Part shown: positions 39,001 through 48,000 of the stretch, in pieces
How the letters are laid out: each line of letters opens with the position of its first letter
How positions within the stretch are numbered: the first letter of the stretch is position 1
IMG/VR virus record: IMGVR_UViG_3300020214_000011
DNA from: an uncultured virus (IMG/VR IMGVR_UViG_3300020214_000011)
Lineage: Duplodnaviria; Heunggongvirae; Uroviricota; Caudoviricetes
DNA length: 64,000 bases
Direction: 5' to 3' (one strand)
Program-made: the position numbers and the translations under genes
The notes under the pieces: generated by a model
Told to the model about the DNA's origin: nothing
Databases searched by the model: none
The model's input: only the letters and a program-made list of their open reading frames with translations

Positions 39001-42000
39001 AGCGTAACCAACGTCGCACCGGACGCGCCCAAGTCGAATGATGACGGATTCTGGGACTCCATGGACATCGAGGCGGGCATGGCGCCACCCACCCCGGGGC
39101 CTCCGGTGCCACCGGATGAGCCGCCAAAACGCAGGCTTGAAGCCATGCCCGAGGAGACGGCGCGCAAGTTGTTCGGCGACGACATAGCCGGTTTCGTGAG
39201 GGAGGGAACGTGGACCTTCGGGGACACAACCTTCCCGCGGACTGCGATCCCCGAAGAGGCAACGTTGGCCCGGAAGGTTATTTCAGCCCTGTTCGCCGTC
39301 CAGCAGGGGGAGATGCCGGACGAAGTCTCCGAGCGCATGAGGTCGGAGGGAATTTACTCGGCGGCCCAGCTGATCTTCAGGGCCCTGTCGGCGCGGACGC
39401 TCGAGAAAATCAGGAACATGCCGGACCCACCCTACGACTTCCCGGCTGGCCCATACGACCCGAGGAGCGACAAGGACAAGGACAGGCAGTCCTTCTTCCT
39501 CGCGGCGATGCAGGAATACATGTCACTGCACCTCGCCCTCGGCGGCGGTGCGTTGCCCATTTACGACGACGCACCGGGCAGGGAGCCGTCTCGCTACTCA
39601 TTCGAGCTCACCAGGGAAGACTTCCAGATGGTCATACAGGATGACGATCTGATGAACTACAAGCTGATCTACAACCCGGGTCAGCCCAACGAGGCGGTCC
39701 GCGCGGACGAGGCGGTCGCAGCTAGGGAAGAATTCGTCGGCGACCCGTCGGAGCACCCCCTCATCCAGTCGATCGACCGGACAATGCACAACCTCAGACG
39801 GCAGTTCCCCGCCTTCACTGACTGGCTGAATCAGGACAACAGGTATTCGAGAATCCTCGGGGGAACGCACTACGAGAAGGATGAAAAGGGATTCGGTACG
39901 GGAATAATCGATTTGGTCAGGGCCGACCCTTCCTCAATGGATTTGGAAAAGGTGATCCGCGAGGTCGTCGAGCAGTTTGTCGATAGGGGTCACTTACATG
40001 GGGCGGACAGCTCGAGGTTGGTCGCCGACGCGCGCAGCCTCGGGCCGGACCCCGACGACGCCAGTCCTTTCCCGAGCATGACCAGTTACCCAAGCCCGGA
40101 ATTCTTGGAAACCTTCTCCAAACCGGACGCGGACATTGCGAGGCACAAGAAGATAGCCACGTCGACGGCGAAGGCGAGTGCGGTTGCTAGGCAATCCTGG
40201 TGGACCATGTTCACCACCGGAACGTTGATGGACCAGTTCGAGATAGCCGCCGTCACCGTGACGGACAAGGGCGACAACTTCCACCCCGATGCGATACTTG
40301 CCGGCCTGAGGAAATACGCTAGGGACAACAACCTCGCTGACCAGTTCGACGCGTACCTCGCCGCGGCGCAGGCCGCCTCCGCCGCGAGATTCAACTCAGT
40401 GGCCCTGCAAACGATACAGAACACTCTCAACGAAATAGCCAGGAACACGCCCAAAGGAATAAAGGGCGAGCTGTTAAGACTGGCCCAGCTCAAGAAGGTG
40501 CTCGAGAGGCAGTACAAGGAGCTCAGTCGCCACTATCAGGACAGGATCAGGGCGAAGATACAGACCATCTACTCTGCGTGGGCGTTGTTGTATAGCTCGT
40601 ATGTCGCGGAGAGGGATCTGGTGAATCGGCAAATCGCCAGGGGGCAGATTACCCCGCAACAGGCCGTCGATCGTCTGCAAAAAGCGTATTTCGATATGCA
40701 GCCGACGATGTACGCTGCCATCAACCAGATCTCGGATCTGAGCAGGAGGGCCGACGCCTCCACGCGCGCACGCGCGGTCATCGAGATCCAACAGCGGGAA
40801 ATAGACAATAGAATCGAGGAGATCAAGCAGGCGGCGCGCCTGACCGGCAGGGACGCCGAGGCCGGCATGGCCCTGATGACGGGCATCAACAACGCCTTCG
40901 ACAACCTCGCCGAGGACCCTTCTGGTCTGTCGGACGACTACAAAGGTGGCTCATCCATCGGGCGCTCCAGGTTCGGAGTGGTCGGTGGCGACAGGGTCGG
41001 GGCACCCAGGGCGAGACGGTTGCTCACGACGAACGAGAAGAAGCTCGCATCCGCGATCTCGAGGATGAACGACATGTTCTCGCAGAACAATGTTGACGAG
41101 CTCGGGCAGGTGCCGAGCATCAGGGCCGCCATGGAGACTTTGAGAGGGGGACGCCCCGACAGGGTCGTGCCGCAGATTCGCACGGGGGATCTGGGCGAGA
41201 TCGAGCAGGCGAAGGCCACCGCCGCGATGATGATGAGGGCCGACGCAGAGGCGGAGGCGACGACCCGGAGGATATTGGGCGCGCGCTTCAAGCGGTTCTC
41301 CGATCTCGCCATGAGCTCGTTGCCGGGCCTTACGAGGAGGGTGGTCGAGGACATAGTGGTCGACGGCGTCGCCGAGGCCATGCGGGCGAACGCCGTCAGG
41401 GAGGCAGACCTGGACGCGGCGCTGACGATGTACTCGGAGGCGATCCGCAACGTGAAGTACATGTCGGTGTTCAACCCAGTCCAGAGAACGGCCGACATCC
41501 TCAACGTGGAACCCGACGACGTGTCCGACGCAATAGCCACGGAGAGCATGATCATGAAGACGAGCAATCTGCTCAGGATGGCCCAGTCGTATGCGTCAAG
41601 CCTCTCCGGTGCCTACGGCAGGAACTCCGTGCTTCGGATGACCAACAACAGGTTCCCCGAGCTGAGAAACTTCGGCCCGCTCTTCCTTGAATCAATTTTT
41701 GCCTCGCCATCGGATGCGTCGTTGCGCAAGCTGAATTCGGCGATCTCGTTGAACAAACTCATGAGGTTCAACTCCCGCGCGGCGGCGGCGGCTTTCGGCG
41801 TCTCTGACGACGTTGCCCAGGTCATTTCGGCATCGGCGGCGCCACGGACGCGACCCACCGAACTGAGCAACCCGCTCCCGCACGACTGGAACTTCATGAC
41901 GTTCCGTGACAGGCAGTCTTGGCTCGGTTCCGAGGAGGCCTTCAACTCGCTCGGGAGGGCGGGAGTCAACGACGAACTCAGCAAGCTGCAGTCGCAAATC

Positions 42001-45000
42001 GAGGATTTCGGGTCAATGGACGGTCCGTACCCTGCGCTCGCCCGCATCATCACGGGTAACGCCACAAGCACCGGGGCGTTCGGCAGGCAGCTGATCACGG
42101 CCGACGGGAGAAGCCCGATTTTCTCATCAGTCGGTTTCGCCCGGGGCGACATGGTGCGCAACGGCAGGAACCAGATCTCGGCCCTCGTGGATGCGGTGCC
42201 CGGGATATCCCAGATGTCGGACAGGGCTCTCAGTCGGTTCCTCGGTGCACCGTACGACGTCATCGCCGAGTTCAGGAGGGATGGGGCTGCCGCATCGCCA
42301 GAAGTCGCGGAGCGCCTGGCGCTCGCCTTCGGCAAGATCTCGTCCGAGGTGTGGCCGTCCGACGCACCGCAATCGGATGCCGACCCAGGAAACTTCTACT
42401 GGCTCGGGTCGACCTGGGACAGGTCGGGCGAGATAATTGCGGCGATAGGCGAGGGGGCGGACCAGTACGCGGTCGCCGCCGACATGCCGAACGGGCAGTT
42501 CGTCGCAGAGAGGGTGACGCAACTGGTCGAGGACGGAACGGTGGGACGGTTCTACGACCAGATCGGGCTGGAGGAGATAACGACCGAGGATGCTCAGTCA
42601 TTCGTCGCTTCGGTCGCACCGAGGAGCAGGAAGGGAGTCGTGGAGATACTGGCATCCTCCGGATACAGGGAGCAGGACATAATCGACGCGACGGGATTCA
42701 ACCCCAACACGGTCAGGAACTCGTTGCACGAGCTGAGGAAACAGGGCCTGCTGCCCGAGGTGGTCGGCTCACCGAGGTGGATAGCGCGCAACGGCGACGC
42801 GGTGATCGCCGACTTCTCGTCGGGTGTGTCCAAGCGCGCCCTCATGAGGAAGTACGGAATAGGCGCGAAGACCCTCGACTCGATAATCGGGTCGTCGCGC
42901 GACGGATCAAGGATGGACGACGCCTACGGCGACGCCGAGGCGGGGATGTCAAACCGCAGGTTGCCCGACAATACCCCGATGTCGGACGGACCGCACCCCG
43001 ACTGGAGGGACGAGAGACAGACGAGGGCCGACGGAACGCCAGTGGACCGCGAGACGCAGAGCCCGCCCGCGAACGTCGCCAACCCCTTCGTCACGCCAGG
43101 TTCCCCAGCCTCGCTCGGTCTCAACGGCGAGATCAAGGACCCAGAGAAGATGCAGGACTGGGCGAGGGCGTTGTCAGCCTGGATCTCGTTCGCGCTCGAG
43201 GGCGGCTACTTCAAGAACCGCACGGAGGAAATGTCCAAGAGCGAGCTGCTTTTGGCCGGACTTTTCGGCGACAGCGGGGGCCCGGGCTTCGAGGAAGCCG
43301 AGTTTGAGATCGGCATGACCGACCCCGTTCGGGGCAAGAGGTTCAAGGCCTTCGAGATCGCAACGCGGCAGGACAACCCCGCCAACGAGCTGTTGTCCAT
43401 CAACGCAGTGCCCTCGATCATCCGCCCCCAATTCGACGCAACCGGGGTTTACACGGGAATACTGCCGATGCTGAGGGGGATGATCCTCGCCACCTACGAC
43501 AAGTACTTCAAAAAGTTGTCCGACCGGGAACTGGGATCGTGGGAGGGGGTCAGCACCCAGGACCTCGTGGATGCCGGTCTGCTTGACGAGCCGGAAATGC
43601 CGAGGGACGCGAGCGACGAGCTCCGCCTCAAGCTGTGGCAGCTCAGGCAGATGATGCGAAACCCGAACATGGTCGACGCACCCCCGCTATTCGAGCCGGG
43701 CGACGAGGTGGTCATGCGCACGATCATCCCGTTGATGGCCAACGCCGACGAGATGAACACGGTGCGCGCCAAGCACGGCGCGTCCCCCACGGGAATTCTG
43801 GGAGATCCAGCGGACAGGATTCAGTCGTCCACCCTCGGGGGCGTGGAACTCTGGCGGGGGACCAGGGACGCCGAATTTGAGGAGATGGCCCTCACGGGCG
43901 TCCCAATGTTCTCCAACCTGCTGCTCGGCTCCGTCGTCGCGGGCGATCCCGAGGCGAGGAAGATCGTAGACAACCTCACGCCGCGGCAGATCATGCTCTC
44001 CAACTGGGTGTACGGGATGTACACGGCCCTCGAGCCACTGGTCAACGCGTTCGCCGAAATGATGCCGATGAAACGGTTCCGCTCCGCTTCCCCCAACATC
44101 CCAGAGGAGCCCGGCGCAAGCGTCATGCTCGGCGACCGGTTGTACCTCCCGACCAGGGAGGTCGACGACCAGGTGTTCGCCTTTGCGTTCGACTCGTTGT
44201 TCAAGGCGTTGCAGGGAGTCTCCGAGTTGCCCGAAATGACGATCCTCGAGTCTCTCCCGAGCGGGGAGTTCGAGAAGTTCTACGGGGGCGACTCCGGCAC
44301 AAACCCGTCCAAGGCGGAGGCGCTCAGGATGTCTACGAAGATTCTGGCCCGCATCTTGGCCGATGTCCTCGCGACGGGCATATACAGGAAGGCCGTTCAA
44401 TCAATGGCGAAGGACGACGACGGAAGGACGTCGCCCTTCTACACGGACGGAATGCAAACCGACTGGTTCAGGTTGGCGAGACCGAGAGTCGACTCGTTCG
44501 GCTACTGGTCGATGTACGGGCCGAACATCGTCTACGCCGGCACGGGTGGAGACATATACGAGCCGGGGTGGAACGACCAAACCAACCCGATTTCGGAACT
44601 TGGAAAGAGCGGAGCGCAGCTAGCCGTCGACGCCGTCAAGGCGGACAAGGAGGCGATGCTCCAGCTCCAGAGGGTGATCGACGAGACCCCGGGCAAATAC
44701 TGGTGGGAGACCGAGGCTGCGTACGGGGAGCTCGCCGACGACCAGATACTGAACATGCACCCGGAGGAGTTTGCCGATTACGTCGCATCCATGTCAATGT
44801 ACGGCGAGGGCGAGCTGGAGGACGAGAAGACGAGTCAGATGCTCACGAGACTCGTCGGACGACTCTCCGCCATGGGTTACCCGAAGGCCGAGCTCGACCG
44901 ATTCGACGAGTGGATCGGGCCGATCATCGCTGCGATGCCGGAGGGGACGGTGACCAAGGAGTCCGTTCTCCGCCAACTGAAGAACATTTTCCCGTGGCTC

Positions 45001-48000
45001 GATCTCGACAGGATGGACGACATCTACCCAGTGGTTGGCACGAACTTCAGCGAGGCCGTCAAGGAGATGCGCAGGACGCTGGGAGGCTTGGCCCCCGAGG
45101 CTGTGTCGGCTGTTTACCGCGGCAGGGACCAGCTCATTCTCGCCGCGGAATCGGCCAACCGCGCGCTGACGCCTGACGCGGACAGAAAGAAGGCATTGGA
45201 GACGATGAACCTGTACGTCATCCCGGTGATAAAAGGCTTGATGGCGGTGCACAGGACAAACATCGAGATCGGGTTCCGGCAGGTCGCATCGTTTGCCGAG
45301 GGTCTGAAGCGCCTGACCCAGGCGACGCCCATGAGCGGGGTACAACGAGAGCTCATGACCATCGCATCACTGCTTGCCGAGTTGCGCCTAAGGGGATCGA
45401 TAAACGACGTCACTTACTCCAAGCTGATGATGGAGATCACCCGCGCCGGAGCCACGACCATGTTCGGCGACCTGGAGTTCGGCAACACCGTGATGGAAGC
45501 CATCGCAAACGGGAGCACCGATGACGTAATGACGTTCATGATGCTGATAGACGACGCCGTCTCGGACAACGTGGACGAGGACAGGCGACGCGAGTTCATC
45601 GACAAGTACAAGGGGTACATGACCGCCGCACAAAGCGCGTTCGGCGACGCCTTCGAGCAGCACATCAGGAGCGGCTTCTACGGAAGCGTGAAGACGATCG
45701 GCGAGGCGGTGAGGGAGATGGAGCCATTCATCCTCGCCACCGAGCGCGCGCGCAGGAGGAGGATCCTGCTCCAGAGATACAAGCGAGAGGTGATTGACCC
45801 CGTAAAGGACTCCCTGCTCACCGATGAGGAGAAGTTCAAGGACCTGAGGACCTTCAACGAGTGGCTCGACGCCAGCGGGTTCCCCGACCTCACGTACGAC
45901 AAGGGCAACTCGGGTGGCGACGGCGAGGCGGCGATGTCGGCCACCACGAGGACCGCGATGGCCAGATTCACCGATGACGCCGCGTCCGCGGTTGTCGAGG
46001 GCTACGAGGATTCGGCCAAGTCGGGTTCGTCAAGACTCAACCTCGGGCACATGCTGTCAGGGGCCTGGAGGGCGCTGATGACCGACACGAAGTCCGGTTC
46101 GTACGCGTCGAAACTCAGGAGACTCAACATAAGACCGGAGAGGATGGCCGCGGCGCTTGCGAGCATCACCACCCCGAAGGACGGCCCGTCGCCGAAACCC
46201 ACGGATTATTCCAAGGCTGCCAAGAACGCCATGATCGGGGCCATACGGGCCGCCTCCAGGAGGGGCGACGAGTACGTCGATCTCGGCGACCTGCTGCAGG
46301 CGATACTCGACCCGTCACTCAGGGGACGGGACGACGACGGCGTCGAAGAAGCCCTGATGCTCGCCGACATTTCTCCGAACGTGATAAGGATGGCTATAGC
46401 GCAGGCGAGAATCTCGGGCGGCAGGGAGCCGATGTCGGACGCCGAGGCCGGCATGTCCGCCAGTCGCATGGCGATGAACTCCGCCGACAAACGCGACGAC
46501 CTGAAGAGAAACAAGATGCTCGCCGACGGCATGTGGTTCAACTCCGACCGACAGGTCCCTGTCGCCACGGGGACTGCGACCGACGGGCAGCTCGTCGACG
46601 AGGTGGAAAGACTCATGAACGTCTACGCCATCGGCGCCGCGAGGTCCGAACTGGAACCCGTGGACTTCCGCAGCGGGGAATCACCCTTCTCCAACGCGGC
46701 GATCAGGCCGACCAACTCGCGCCTCATCCACGGCGACAACGGCCAGGAGCCGACCGACCTTGTCGGAGCGATCAGGCACGCCATGGACAGGGCCGACGCC
46801 CTGTTGACGGACGAGATGGAGCAACGGAGGTTCCACGAACTCAAGTCAAAGATGCGCCTCTACTTTGACAACGACGAGCACATGCCCGACGAAAAGGGGG
46901 ACGCCGAGGCCGGCATGGCGAGAAATTTCAACGAGATGATTGAGCCGATAACGGAGAACTTCGGGCGCTCGGAGAAGATCGGGCAGAGGCAGTATTTCGA
47001 GGGCATCTACGGCGACGCGGACCTGAGCGAGGCAGAGTTGCGAAAGGCGGCCGACGTCGCATCGCTCGGGTCGCCCTTCGACATATCGCGCAACCTCGAC
47101 GGCAACGAGGACGACGTCAACTGGAGCACGGGCCAGTGGTCGTTCAACAGGGACCAGACCTACGTTGAGGCGGCGGACTCCGTGATGATAAGGATGCGAG
47201 ACGGCGACTTGACCACGGCAGAGATTGCGATGATCTCGCGCAAGAGCGGCCCTTTCAGGGACGCCATGGCCCTCGTCGGCGGACTGAAGGACGAAGGCGA
47301 GGATTTCATGACCACGGCGGCCCGGGAGACGGCGGAGGAGGTCGGAGTTTCCCTCGAGAGGGCGCTACAGGCGCAGTACATCGGAACGATAGAGTCGCCC
47401 GACTGGGATCCCCGGTTCGTCAACGGAGCGAAAGTTGGCGCCGGGATGTTCGTCCTGCCGTGGGACACGCCCCTCGTGGCTGCGTCCGACGCCGCAGGTG
47501 CGCGCTGGGTTCCCCTGTCGGAGATAGCCGCGGGCCAGCACAGGCTCGCCTTCGGGCACGCCGAATGGATACGAAGGGCCGTCGCCGCGATGCAGATAGA
47601 CCCGTCGTCGGACCCCTACGGGGACCTTCGTCTCTCGATAGCGATCAGGCTCGGGTTGCTCTCCAAGGCCGCGAGGGTGAGGAACCAGAAGATGATCGCC
47701 ATGGTCAACCTCGTCCGCAGGGCGACGGGCAAGAAGTTGTTCCCCGAGCAGGGCGACATGCCGCACCCGATGATGCCGTGGGGCAACAGGGTTGCGAGCT
47801 CCTCGTGGAGATTCGGGCCCGATGCCGAGGCGGGAATGTCCGCCTCACCCATCGACGACTCACTGCCAAGGGAGCTCGGCCTTCTGTCCGTCCAGAGCTC
47901 GATGCCCCCGCGTCTCCTCGAGAGCGGTGCGGACACCGCGGGCTTCTACAAGGTCGGGCACTCCAGGGGGGGCGACGACTTGTTCTCGGCGTGGGGCGAC

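Noticed and set aside
43295..43320. EFEIGM as a further delimiter
   Set aside because: Lacks the small residue before G and the upstream D/G pattern; not counted.
3160..47845. Delimiter as an intein boundary or a 2A/StopGo skipping site
   Set aside because: No C/S...HN-C/S/T intein termini. It shares only D-x-E with 2A, lacks NPGP, and 2A is not known to work on bacterial ribosomes.
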